In this document: positions 43,356-52,409 of the stretch, in pieces
Numbering within the stretch: position 1 is the first letter of the stretch
How the letters are laid out: each line of letters starts with the position of its first letter
Origin: Acidimicrobiia bacterium
GTDB taxonomy: Bacteria; Actinomycetota; Acidimicrobiia; Spongiisociales; ZC4RG35
Assembly (NCBI GenBank): GCA_035249605.1
Contig: DATFGI010000026.1
Coordinates: 2,730-66,729, forward strand
Direction of reading: 5' to 3'
Length of the DNA: 64,000 nucleotides
Position numbers and translations under genes: made by a program
The notes under the pieces: model-generated
Told to the model about the DNA's origin: nothing
Seen by the model: only the letters and a program-made list of their open reading frames with translations
Databases searched by the model: none

Positions 43356-45407
43356 ATGGATCTGATCTCCCCAGCCACATATGTGAATCGCGAGCTCTCC
43401 TGGCTCGACTTCAACAAGCGTGTCTTCTCCCTGACCGGGCGGGAGGACTTCCCACTGCTTGAGAAGACCAAGTTCCTCGCCATATGGTCGTCCAACCTCG
43501 ACGAGTTCTTCCAGGTCCGCGTGGCCGGTCTCAAAGAACAGGTCGCCCACGGTCTGAGGTCAGCCACCCCCGACGGGCTGACCCCGAGCCAGCAGCTGTC
43601 CGAGATCAGGGCCGATATCGACGCTCAATACCAGGAGGTGTCCAAGCGCTTTCTCTCCGAAGTCGCCCCGGCGCTGGCCAAGGAGGGCATCGTCTTCAGC
43701 GACTATTCCACCCTCGACGACGAAGACCGCGAGTTCCTGGACCGCCAGTTCGCCGAACTGGTCTTCCCGGTGGTCACCCCGCTCGCGGTCGACCCTGCCC
43801 ACCCTTTCCCATACATCTCCAATCTCTCGCTCAACCTCGCCATCTTCGTCCGCAACCCGGAGACGACCCTGACCCGTTTCGCCCGGGTCAAGATCCCGCC
43901 GATCCTTCCCCGTTTCGTCGTGCTCCCCGACGGGGAGCGATTCATCCCCCTGGAGCAGGTGATCGCCGCCCATCTGGACGCACTGTTCCCCGGCATGGAG
44001 GTTCTCGGCCATCACGTCTTCCGGGTCACCCGCAACGCCGACTTCGAGGTCGAGGAGGACGAGGGCGGTGATCTCCTGATGAGCATCGAGTCTGAGCTGA
44101 CTCAACGACGCTTCGGTCGGGTGGTGCGCCTGGAAGTGCATCCGGACATGCCCGGAGACGTGCTCGACCTGCTCATGCGGGAGATGGGGGCGAGTGAGGA
44201 CGACGTATACCGGGTGGACGGGCCCCTCGACCTCGCCGGGCTCTGGGGGTTGTACGACGTCGACCGACCCGAGCTCAAGTTCCCCGTCTTCACCGGGGCC
44301 GTCCCAAACCGCCTCGCCAGCGCACCGGCCGACACCGTCGACTTCTTCGAGGTGATCCGTCAGGGCGACTTGCTCGCCCATCACCCCTACGACTCCTTCG
44401 CCTCGACCGTCGAGTCATTCATCACGCGCGCCGCCCGAGACCCCGACGTGCTGGCCATCAAGATGACGCTCTACCGAACCAACGCAGACAGCCAGATCAT
44501 GCAGTCGCTGATCGAGGCCGCGGAACGAGGCAAGCAGGTCGTGGCGCTTGTCGAGTTGAAGGCCCGCTTCGACGAGGAGCGCAACATCGAGTGGGCGCAA
44601 CGTCTGGAGGACGTGGGCGTGCACGTCATGTACGGCGTGGTCGGGCTGAAGACGCATACCAAGGTCGCCCTGGTGATGCGTCGGGAGGGCGACCGCGTCG
44701 TCCGCTACGCCCACATCGGCACCGGCAATTACAACGAGAGCACCGCCCGCATCTACGAGGATCTCGGGGTGTTCACCTGCGACGCCGACCTCGGCTCCGA
44801 CCTCTCCGATCTCTTCAACTATCTGACCGGGTACAGCAGGCAAACCCGATATCGCAGTCTGGCGGTGTCGCCGGGGGGTATCCGCAGCGAGATCATGCGG
44901 CTCATCGAGGACGAGGCGTCCCGGCCCGACGGCCAGATCACGATGAAGATGAACTCGCTCGTCGACGCCGGGATCATCGAGGCGCTCTACCAGGCGTCGA
45001 GGGCAGGGACACGGGTTCACCTGTGTGTCCGGGGGATCTGTTGTCTGGTTCCCGGGATCGAGGGGCTGTCCGAGAACATCAGAGTCCGATCCATCGTGGG
45101 GCGCTACCTGGAGCACTCCCGGATTTACCGTTTTGGTGCCCGGGGTAGGGACCGCAGCTACCTCTACGGGTCGGCGGACATGATGCCCCGCAACCTCGAC
45201 CATCGTGTCGAGGCATTGGCCCCGGTGGCCGACCGCGATCTGCAGTTCCGACTCGACGAGATCCTCGACGTTCTCTTCGCCGACGACACCCTGGCCTGGG
45301 AGATGACATCCGACCGAACCTGGAAACGGGTCCATGGAGATGCCGACATCGACACCCATGAGGCCCTCCAGGAGCTGGCACTGGCGCGCAGCACCGCGCA
45401 CCTGTAG
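43356..45407 (+). CDS. ppk: polyphosphate kinase 1
   Basis: It has NRELSWLDFNKRV, FLAIWSSNLDEFFQVRV, GLKTHTKVALV and two PLD-like C-terminal domains. Confidence 0.95.
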   Translation: MDLISPATYVNRELSWLDFNKRVFSLTGREDFPLLEKTKFLAIWSSNLDEFFQVRVAGLKEQVAHGLRSATPDGLTPSQQLSEIRADIDAQYQEVSKRFLSEVAPALAKEGIVFSDYSTLDDEDREFLDRQFAELVFPVVTPLAVDPAHPFPYISNLSLNLAIFVRNPETTLTRFARVKIPPILPRFVVLPDGERFIPLEQVIAAHLDALFPGMEVLGHHVFRVTRNADFEVEEDEGGDLLMSIESELTQRRFGRVVRLEVHPDMPGDVLDLLMREMGASEDDVYRVDGPLDLAGLWGLYDVDRPELKFPVFTGAVPNRLASAPADTVDFFEVIRQGDLLAHHPYDSFASTVESFITRAARDPDVLAIKMTLYRTNADSQIMQSLIEAAERGKQVVALVELKARFDEERNIEWAQRLEDVGVHVMYGVVGLKTHTKVALVMRREGDRVVRYAHIGTGNYNESTARIYEDLGVFTCDADLGSDLSDLFNYLTGYSRQTRYRSLAVSPGGIRSEIMRLIEDEASRPDGQITMKMNSLVDAGIIEALYQASRAGTRVHLCVRGICCLVPGIEGLSENIRVRSIVGRYLEHSRIYRFGARGRDRSYLYGSADMMPRNLDHRVEALAPVADRDLQFRLDEILDVLFADDTLAWEMTSDRTWKRVHGDADIDTHEALQELALARSTAHL

Positions 45408-45441
45408 AAAACGACTTCGGCGTCGTAGTACCTGTCCGAGA

Positions 45442-45485
45442 GTTCATTTGGCGTTCACTCTCGGCTTGTCGGACGGTCAACTGGG
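45442..45485 (+). promoter_or_regulatory. PHO-box-like array of 11-nt direct repeat units upstream of pstS
   Basis: The units are GTTCATTTGGC (45442), GTTCACTCTCG (45453), GCTTGTCGGAC (45464) and GGTCAACTGGG (45475). They are followed by a TAGCGT -10-like hexamer (45491-45496) and the pstS ATG at 45507 with no SD. Confidence 0.45.
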
Positions 45486-45506
45486 CTTCTTAGCGTTCTG
45501 CTCAAC

Positions 45507-46469
45507 ATGAGGAAACGACTACTGCCGACCTGGCTCACCCTTCTTGCGGTGGCCCTGGCAGCTTGCGGGGGCGACTCCGACACCAGCGACGACACGACAC
45601 AGGGAGCGTCCGGGGCATTAGAGGGAACGATCGTCATCGACGGGTCGAGCACGGTGACACCTCTCATGACGGTCGCAGCCGAGGACTTCCAGGCCGAGAA
45701 CCCGGATGTCAGAGTCACGGTGGCCACGTCGGGCACCGGCGGCGGCTTCGAGAAGTTCTGCGTCGGCGAGACCGATGTCTCGATGGCCTCCCGTCCTATC
45801 ACCGAGGAGGAGACGGCCACCTGCGGGGAGAACGGAATCGAGCCAGTCGAGTTCATCGTGGCCAACGACGCCCTCTCGGTGATCGTCAATCCCGACAACG
45901 ACTGGGCCACTTGCCTCACCGTCGAGGAAATCAACAAGATGTGGGCGCCCGAGAGCGAAGGTGTGGTCACCAACTGGAACCATGTGAACCCTTCCTTCCC
46001 CGATCGGGCGCTCACCCTCTTCGGTGCCGGATCCGACTCTGGGACCTTCGACTACTTCACCGATGAGATCAACGGTGAGGAGGGTGCGATTCGGACCGAC
46101 TACAACCCCTCCGAGGACGACAACGTGACGATAGTCGGCGTCGAAGGAGATCCAGGTGCCGTCGGGTTCCTCGGTCTGTCCTATGTGCTGGAGAACCAAG
46201 GGAGGGTGATCCCGCTCGAGGTCGACGGTGGGGCCGGCTGCGTGGCCCCTTCCGCCGAGACGGTGATCGACGGCTCCTACGTCCCCCTCGGTCGGCCGCT
46301 CTTCGTCTACTTCAAGGCGGAATCCTTGCAGAGAGCCGAGGTCGGTGCCTTCGCGCGGTTCTACGCCGACAATCAGGAGAGCATCACTACCACCGCTCTC
46401 TTCATACCCCTCTCCGAAGAGCAGGCGGCCGCCCAGCAGGCATCCCTCGACGCCATGACTGGCAGCTGA
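45507..46469 (+). CDS. pstS: phosphate ABC transporter substrate-binding lipoprotein PstS
   Basis: It has a lipobox (LLAVALAACGG), GSSTV, ATSGTGGGF and SRPI motifs. Confidence 0.9.
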   Translation: MRKRLLPTWLTLLAVALAACGGDSDTSDDTTQGASGALEGTIVIDGSSTVTPLMTVAAEDFQAENPDVRVTVATSGTGGGFEKFCVGETDVSMASRPITEEETATCGENGIEPVEFIVANDALSVIVNPDNDWATCLTVEEINKMWAPESEGVVTNWNHVNPSFPDRALTLFGAGSDSGTFDYFTDEINGEEGAIRTDYNPSEDDNVTIVGVEGDPGAVGFLGLSYVLENQGRVIPLEVDGGAGCVAPSAETVIDGSYVPLGRPLFVYFKAESLQRAEVGAFARFYADNQESITTTALFIPLSEEQAAAQQASLDAMTGS

Positions 46470-46479
46470 GGTCGAGCAG

Positions 46480-47433
46480 ATGGCAGCAACCAGCGAAGAA
46501 GCGGCGGTGACGCCGGTGAGCCTCCGGGCATCCGGGGCCAACCGGCGCCGCCTGGTCGTGCAGACGATTTTCAAGCTCCTGTTCGGGGGAGCGGCGCTGT
46601 CGACCGTGGGGGTCACGATCCTTGTCGTGCTCTCCCTGCTGCTCCCCTCCATTCGGTTCTTCCAGGAGGTCTCCGTCGCCGAGTTCTTCGGGAGCACTCG
46701 GTGGACCCCGCTGTTCAACCCGCCGAGCTTCGGGGTGTGGCCGATCGTCGCCGGGACGCTGTGGATCATGGTGATCTCGCTGGTCGTGGCGATCCCACTG
46801 GGTCTGGGATTGGCGGTCTACCTCAGCGAGTATGCGCACCGGAGAGTTCGAGCCGTGCTCAAGCCGTTCCTCGAGATCCTCGCCGGGATCCCCACCGTCG
46901 TGCTGGGCTTCTTCGGGCTCTTTTTGGTCAATCCCGAGTTCGTTCGACGCTTCTGGCCGATCGGAGAGGTCAGCACCTTCTCGGGGCTAGCCGCCGGGCT
47001 GGTGGTCGGGGTCATGATCATCCCCACGGTCGCCTCCCTCTCCGAGGATGCGATGACTGCAGTCCCTCGCGGCCTGCGCGAGGGGGGCATGGCTCTGGGA
47101 GGGACCAGACGGGAGGTGGCGACCAAGGTCGTGTTCCCGGCCGCCCTCTCCGGGATCGTGGCCGCGGTCGTCCTCGCCGGCTCGAGGGCGATCGGCGAGA
47201 CCACCATCGTTCTGCTCGTCGCAGGCAGTCGTCCCACGCTGACGTGGAATCCAGGTGAACAGCTCCAGTCGATGGCCAGCTTCATCGGCTTCGCCGGGAT
47301 CGGGGACCAGCCCACGGGCAGCATCGGCTATCACACCATCTTTGCTGTTGGACTGCTGCTGTTCGTGATCACGCTCCTGCTCAACATCCTCAGCATCCGC
47401 ATAGTGAGGCGTTTCAGGGAGATCTACGAGTGA
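46480..47433 (+). CDS. pstC: phosphate ABC transporter permease PstC
   Basis: The permease is PstC-like (EYA...R.VLKP.LE.LAGIPTVV; EDAM.AVPR.LREG..ALG.TR.E). Confidence 0.9.
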   Translation: MAATSEEAAVTPVSLRASGANRRRLVVQTIFKLLFGGAALSTVGVTILVVLSLLLPSIRFFQEVSVAEFFGSTRWTPLFNPPSFGVWPIVAGTLWIMVISLVVAIPLGLGLAVYLSEYAHRRVRAVLKPFLEILAGIPTVVLGFFGLFLVNPEFVRRFWPIGEVSTFSGLAAGLVVGVMIIPTVASLSEDAMTAVPRGLREGGMALGGTRREVATKVVFPAALSGIVAAVVLAGSRAIGETTIVLLVAGSRPTLTWNPGEQLQSMASFIGFAGIGDQPTGSIGYHTIFAVGLLLFVITLLLNILSIRIVRRFREIYE

Positions 47434-48341
47434 GCGGCGTCATCCCCCGGATCACCGCCTCTCACTTCGTCAGTCTGAAGTCGACGAAGTCATCGCGCCG
47501 GGTCGTCGTCGACTCGCTGTTCCGACTCTTTCTGTGGATGGCGCTCGCGATCGCCGTCGGAACAATCCTGACTCTCCTCGTCGATCTCGTCGTGGAGGGG
47601 GCGCAGCGGCTCAACTGGGACCTGGTCGCCAACATGCCGTCGGCTCGCCCGGAGAGGGCGGGGATACAGTCGGCCATCTTCGGATCGCTTTGGGTTGTGG
47701 CAACGACTGCGGCGATCTCGATACCGACCGGAGTCGCCGCCGCCGTCTACCTCGAAGAGTTCGCCAGCAAGGATCAGTGGTACAACCGGCTGATCGAGCT
47801 CAACATCCAAAACCTGGCCTCGGTTCCCTCCGTCGTCTATGGGATCCTCGGACTGGCCTTCATAGCGCGAGGGTTTCTCGGGCTCGGGTTCACTGTCATC
47901 ACCGCCGCGCTGATCCTCACGCTCGTGGTGCTGCCCACTGTGGTGATTGCCTCCCGCGAGGCTCTGCGCGCTGTGCCCGACTCGCTTCGTCAGGGCAGTC
48001 TCGCCCTCGGAGCCACGGAGTGGGAGACGGTGTCCCGTCAGGTGCTGCCCGCAGCCGTGCCCGGCATTGCCACCGGGACCATCCTGTCCACCTCTCGTGC
48101 CTTGGGTGAGTCGGCGCCGCTGCTCCTGGTTGGCGCCCTCACCTTCGTGACGTTCAACCCGACAGGTCTCGACAGCACGTACACCGTCCTGCCGCTCACC
48201 ATCTTCAGGTTCATCAGCGAGGCTCGACTCGAGTTCAGGCCACTGGCGGCGGCGGCCAGCGTGGTGCTGCTGGTGATGCTGCTCGGCATGAATGCCTTCG
48301 CCATCCTGCTCCGCAACCGTTATGAGAAGAAGCTGCGATGA
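47430..48341 (+). CDS. pstA: phosphate ABC transporter permease PstA
   Basis: The permease is PstA-like (GIQSAIFGSLWVV; REALRAVPDSLRQGSLALGATEWET). It overlaps pstC by 4 nt. Confidence 0.9.
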   Translation: MSGVIPRITASHFVSLKSTKSSRRVVVDSLFRLFLWMALAIAVGTILTLLVDLVVEGAQRLNWDLVANMPSARPERAGIQSAIFGSLWVVATTAAISIPTGVAAAVYLEEFASKDQWYNRLIELNIQNLASVPSVVYGILGLAFIARGFLGLGFTVITAALILTLVVLPTVVIASREALRAVPDSLRQGSLALGATEWETVSRQVLPAAVPGIATGTILSTSRALGESAPLLLVGALTFVTFNPTGLDSTYTVLPLTIFRFISEARLEFRPLAAAASVVLLVMLLGMNAFAILLRNRYEKKLR

Positions 48342-48365
48342 CAACCGCAGCAGAGGACTGATTCG

Positions 48366-49247
48366 ATGGGAAGGGAGCAAGACATGGTCAGCCATCACAC
48401 GGCCGCCGACCGGATCGAATTGGGCCTGGGCGACGGGGCGATGGTTCCGCCCGACCCCGGACGCGGGACGGGAGAGGTCGTTTTCGACATCCGGGACCTG
48501 AGCGTCTTCTACCGCGATTTCCGCGCCGTCCGCGACATCGATCTCCCGATACCGCAGAACGAGATCACGGCGCTGATCGGGCCGTCGGGCTGTGGGAAGT
48601 CGACGGTGCTGCGCTGCTTCAACCGGTTGAACGATCTCATCGCCGGGGCACGAGTGGAGGGGCAGGTCCGGTATCACGGAATCGACATCTATGGCGACGA
48701 AGTGGATCCGGTGGAGCTGCGCCGCCGCGTCGGCATGGTGTTCCAGAAACCCAATCCGTTCCCCAAGTCGATCTATGACAACGTCGCCTTTGGTCCTCGG
48801 CTGGTGGGTTACAAGGGGAATATGGACGACCTCGTCGAGGAGTCGCTACGCAGAGCTGCGCTCTGGGACGAAGTCCACGACAAGCTCGACTCTTCGGGAC
48901 TGTCACTTTCGGGTGGCCAGCAGCAGCGTCTGTGCATTGCCCGTGCCATCGCCACCACCCCAGACGTCATCCTGATGGACGAGCCATGTTCGGCGCTGGA
49001 TCCCATTGCGACCCTGCGCATCGAGGAGTTGATGCTCGACCTCAAAGAGGACTACACGATCATCATCGTGACCCACAACATGCAGCAGGCGGCGCGTGTG
49101 TCCGACAAGACGGCATTCCTCTCGGTCAGTCGCAATGAGGAAGGCCTGCGCACGGGGCACCTGGTCGAGTACGACGACACCGAAACCCTGTTCACATCTC
49201 CGCGTGACAAAGAGACGGAGGACTACATCACCGGGAGGTTCGGGTGA
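48366..49247 (+). CDS. pstB: phosphate ABC transporter ATPase PstB
   Basis: It has [45 protein letters not shown] and [12 protein letters not shown]. The start is ATG 48366 or 48384. Confidence 0.9.
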   Translation: MGREQDMVSHHTAADRIELGLGDGAMVPPDPGRGTGEVVFDIRDLSVFYRDFRAVRDIDLPIPQNEITALIGPSGCGKSTVLRCFNRLNDLIAGARVEGQVRYHGIDIYGDEVDPVELRRRVGMVFQKPNPFPKSIYDNVAFGPRLVGYKGNMDDLVEESLRRAALWDEVHDKLDSSGLSLSGGQQQRLCIARAIATTPDVILMDEPCSALDPIATLRIEELMLDLKEDYTIIIVTHNMQQAARVSDKTAFLSVSRNEEGLRTGHLVEYDDTETLFTSPRDKETEDYITGRFG

Positions 49248-49948
49248 GCCATCAGGACATCAATGTCCACTTCCACGCCGAGCTGAGCGAGTTGGAGCGG
49301 AAGGTGCTGAGCATGGTCGAGCGAGCCGAGGAGATGGTGGGAATGGCCGTCGAGGCCGTCGTCGATGACGACGTCGAGCTGGCCGATCGGGTGATCAGCC
49401 TCGACGACGGGATCGACGAGACGTATCTCGAGGCTCATCACGACTGGACCACCCTGATGGCCCGGCATCAAGCCCTCGGCTCAGACCTCCGGCGCATGGC
49501 CGTCCTGATCCAGCTCAGCAACACCTTCGAGCGGATGGGCGACCAGTGCGTCAACATTGCCAAGGTCGCCCGTCTCAACGCCGGTTTGCCCCGTGTGGAG
49601 CGGATCTGTGACCAGATCAGGGAGATGGGCGATCTGGTTCGGCCCATGATCAGGACCGCTCTCGAGGCCTATCTGCGCCCCGATCTCGGCCAGGCCCGTC
49701 TTCTTCCCGCCATGGACGCTCCGGTGGACCGGCTCAACGCCAACATGTACAAGGAGGCCGTTGCCGCTGGTAGCAACCCGCGACTGCTGGAATGGGCGAC
49801 GAAGATGCTCATGGTGTCCCGGGCCCTGGAGCGGGTGGGTGACCAGGCGGTCGACTTCGCCGAGCAGACGGCGTACCTGATCACCGGGGAACGTGTTGAG
49901 TTTGCCGACGACGACCTGGTCGAGCCGGCCGATGAGCGCCACGGCTGA
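49244..49948 (+). CDS. phoU: phosphate signalling regulator PhoU
   Basis: It has two PhoU repeats (DD.ID...LE; [12 protein letters not shown] / [12 protein letters not shown]). It overlaps pstB by 4 nt. Confidence 0.9.
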   Translation: MSHQDINVHFHAELSELERKVLSMVERAEEMVGMAVEAVVDDDVELADRVISLDDGIDETYLEAHHDWTTLMARHQALGSDLRRMAVLIQLSNTFERMGDQCVNIAKVARLNAGLPRVERICDQIREMGDLVRPMIRTALEAYLRPDLGQARLLPAMDAPVDRLNANMYKEAVAAGSNPRLLEWATKMLMVSRALERVGDQAVDFAEQTAYLITGERVEFADDDLVEPADERHG

Positions 49949-50645
49949 CCGACGCACCCATCGTGTCCTCCTCGTGGAGGACGAGCCCGGCCTGGCCGAA
50001 TCGATTCGATACGCCCTGGAGACGGAGGGCTTCGAGGTCACGGTCGCCGCAACCGGCCTCGCCGCGCTCGACCTCGCCCGCAGTCATTCGCCTGACATCG
50101 TACTCCTCGACCTGATGCTGCCCGAGATGTCGGGTCTCGACGTGTGCCGTCAGGTTCGAGCGTCGTCCGACGTGCCCATCATCATGCTCACCGCCAAGGA
50201 CTCCGAAGCGGACAAGGTCGCGGGCCTCGAGTTGGGCGCCGACGACTACATGACCAAGCCGTTCTCGATGCGGGAACTGATCGCCCGGGTTCGCGCCCAC
50301 CTTCGCAGGGCGGCGAAGACCGGGGTGCTCGCCGAGTCGAACGAGGTGTTGCGCGGAGGCCTGATCGAGCTCGACATCGATGCCCACGTGGCCCGACTCG
50401 ACGGTGACGAGGTCGAGTTGCGGCCCAAGGAGTTCGAGCTCCTCGAGTCATTGATGCGGAGGAAGAACCGTCTTGCGCCCCGGCACATGCTGATCGACGA
50501 GATATGGGGGCCGTCCTACTTCGGCGACACCAAGACATTGGACGTCCACATCAAGCGGATCCGAGAGAAGCTGGAACCCGATCCGTCCCAGCCGCGACAT
50601 ATCGTCACCGTCAGGGGTCTCGGCTACAAGTTCGTCGATGAGTAA
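49932..50645 (+). CDS. OmpR/PhoB-family response regulator (PhoP/RegX3-like)
   Basis: It has VLLVEDEP, IVLLDLMLPEMSG, MLTAKD, MTKPF and the wHTH TLDVHIKRIREKLE...VRGLGYKF. It overlaps the phoU 3' end by 17 nt. Confidence 0.9.
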   Translation: MSATADRRTHRVLLVEDEPGLAESIRYALETEGFEVTVAATGLAALDLARSHSPDIVLLDLMLPEMSGLDVCRQVRASSDVPIIMLTAKDSEADKVAGLELGADDYMTKPFSMRELIARVRAHLRRAAKTGVLAESNEVLRGGLIELDIDAHVARLDGDEVELRPKEFELLESLMRRKNRLAPRHMLIDEIWGPSYFGDTKTLDVHIKRIREKLEPDPSQPRHIVTVRGLGYKFVDE

Positions 50646-52377
50646 CCGGCGTCATTCGAGGGCCCGGCTTTCCACTCGCTTCCTCGTGTACTACGCCATC
50701 GCCTACCTCCTGCTGATCGGTCTGATGGGAGTGATCGTCGATCGGGTGACACGGCAGACCCTCCTCGAGGATGTCGACGACGACCTGGTGGTCGCCGCCC
50801 GACTCGCCGCCGCTTCGCTTCCGGGGCGCCCGGACGGATATCAGCAGTGGGCCGCCGAAGTCTCTGCGGCCGGCCAGCTCAGGGTCACTCTGATAGCCGA
50901 GGACGGGACTGTCGTGGCCGACTCTCATTCCGATCCGGCGTCGATGGAGAACCACGGGGACCGAGCCGAGGTGGTGGCCGCCCTGGCCGGCGAGATCGGC
51001 ATGGCCCGGCGGGTCAGCGAGTCGACCGGCGCCGAACAGCGCTACGTGGCGATCCCTTCGAAGGACGGTTGGGTGGTGAGGACCGCACTACCCACCAGCG
51101 TGATCGGTGCGCAGCTCGGCGCAGTCCGTGGCTCCATCGCCTTGACCGCAGTCGGGCTCGGGCTGCTCGGCATCGCCGCGGTCGCTTGGCTGGGGCGAAG
51201 GATCTCCCGGCCCGTCGTCGAGCTGACCCGACAGGCCCGAGCGGTCGCCGCCGGCGACACCGAAGTCGTTCCCCGGCGCTCCCCGGTTCGGGAGCTCGAT
51301 CAACTCGGCGTGGCCATCGCTGCGATGGCGGCCGAACTCGGATCACGGGTGGACGACGCGGAACAGGCCTCTGCCACCCTCGGTGTGGTGCTCGGAGCCC
51401 TGCCCCAGGGCACGGTGCTCTTCGATGCCGGAGACGGTGTCGCCTACTCCAACCGCGGCGCCCGACGGATGCTCGGTGTAGTGCCGGAGCTGCTCTCGGG
51501 GCTCGCTCCGATCCGGTTCCAGGAGGTGGTGCGGCGTGCCCGGCGCAGCGGCAAACCGGAGAGCGCGGTGGTCGATCACGGGTCGCCGACACGACGGCTG
51601 GCCGGGACGGCCACCCCGTTCACCGGTGATCGAAGTGTGCTCCTCCTGATGAGCGACATCACCGAGCGGGAGCGAGCCGACTCGATCCGCCGCGACTTCG
51701 TCGCCAACGCCTCACACGAGATGAAGACCCCGGTGTCGACGATCATCGCCTCCTCGGAAGCTCTTCAGATCTCGTTGCAGCGAGGGGATGGGTCGGCGGC
51801 CGCATTCGCCGAGAGCATCGAGGCAACCGCCCGCCGGCTCGACCGGCTGGTGGGCGATCTGCTCGATCTCTCCCGCCTGGAGAGAGAGATCCCGGAGATG
51901 GCCGAGTTGCGCCTCGACCGGCTGGTGCGTGACGAGGTGGAGCGGATAAGCGAAGCGGCCAAGGACAAGGACATCGAGCTGAGTGTGGACACGGTCGGGG
52001 TCACGATCGAGGGCAACAATCAGGACCTGGCTACCGCCGTCCGCAATCTCTTGGACAACGCGATTCGTCACACCCCGAAGCGGGGAAGAGTCACCGTCGA
52101 GGTGAGCCGGGACGAGTCCCAGGCGACGATCGCGGTGGCGGACACTGGGGAGGGGATCCCCACCCGCGACGTTGGGCGAGTGTTCGAGCGTTTCTATCGC
52201 GTCGACTCGGCCCGTTCCCGCGGCACTGGTGGGACGGGGCTCGGTCTAGCGATCGTCAAACATGTTGCCGAAGGTCATGGTGGGAGCGTGTCGGTGGCGA
52301 GCGGGCTGGGGTCTGGCTCGACCTTCACCATCCGGCTGCCTGCGGACATCGAAGGCGAAAGCCCCAGGGACAACTAG
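50638..52377 (+). CDS. sensor histidine kinase (PhoR/SenX3-like)
   Basis: It has two TM helices, a HAMP-like segment, the H-box FVANASHEMKTPVSTI, the N box LLDNAIRHT and the G boxes DTGEGIP and GTGLGLAIVKH. Confidence 0.9.
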   Translation: MSNRRHSRARLSTRFLVYYAIAYLLLIGLMGVIVDRVTRQTLLEDVDDDLVVAARLAAASLPGRPDGYQQWAAEVSAAGQLRVTLIAEDGTVVADSHSDPASMENHGDRAEVVAALAGEIGMARRVSESTGAEQRYVAIPSKDGWVVRTALPTSVIGAQLGAVRGSIALTAVGLGLLGIAAVAWLGRRISRPVVELTRQARAVAAGDTEVVPRRSPVRELDQLGVAIAAMAAELGSRVDDAEQASATLGVVLGALPQGTVLFDAGDGVAYSNRGARRMLGVVPELLSGLAPIRFQEVVRRARRSGKPESAVVDHGSPTRRLAGTATPFTGDRSVLLLMSDITERERADSIRRDFVANASHEMKTPVSTIIASSEALQISLQRGDGSAAAFAESIEATARRLDRLVGDLLDLSRLEREIPEMAELRLDRLVRDEVERISEAAKDKDIELSVDTVGVTIEGNNQDLATAVRNLLDNAIRHTPKRGRVTVEVSRDESQATIAVADTGEGIPTRDVGRVFERFYRVDSARSRGTGGTGLGLAIVKHVAEGHGGSVSVASGLGSGSTFTIRLPADIEGESPRDN

Positions 52378-52409
52378 CCTGGTAGCACCGCGATCGCCGA
52401 CGCCGATAC

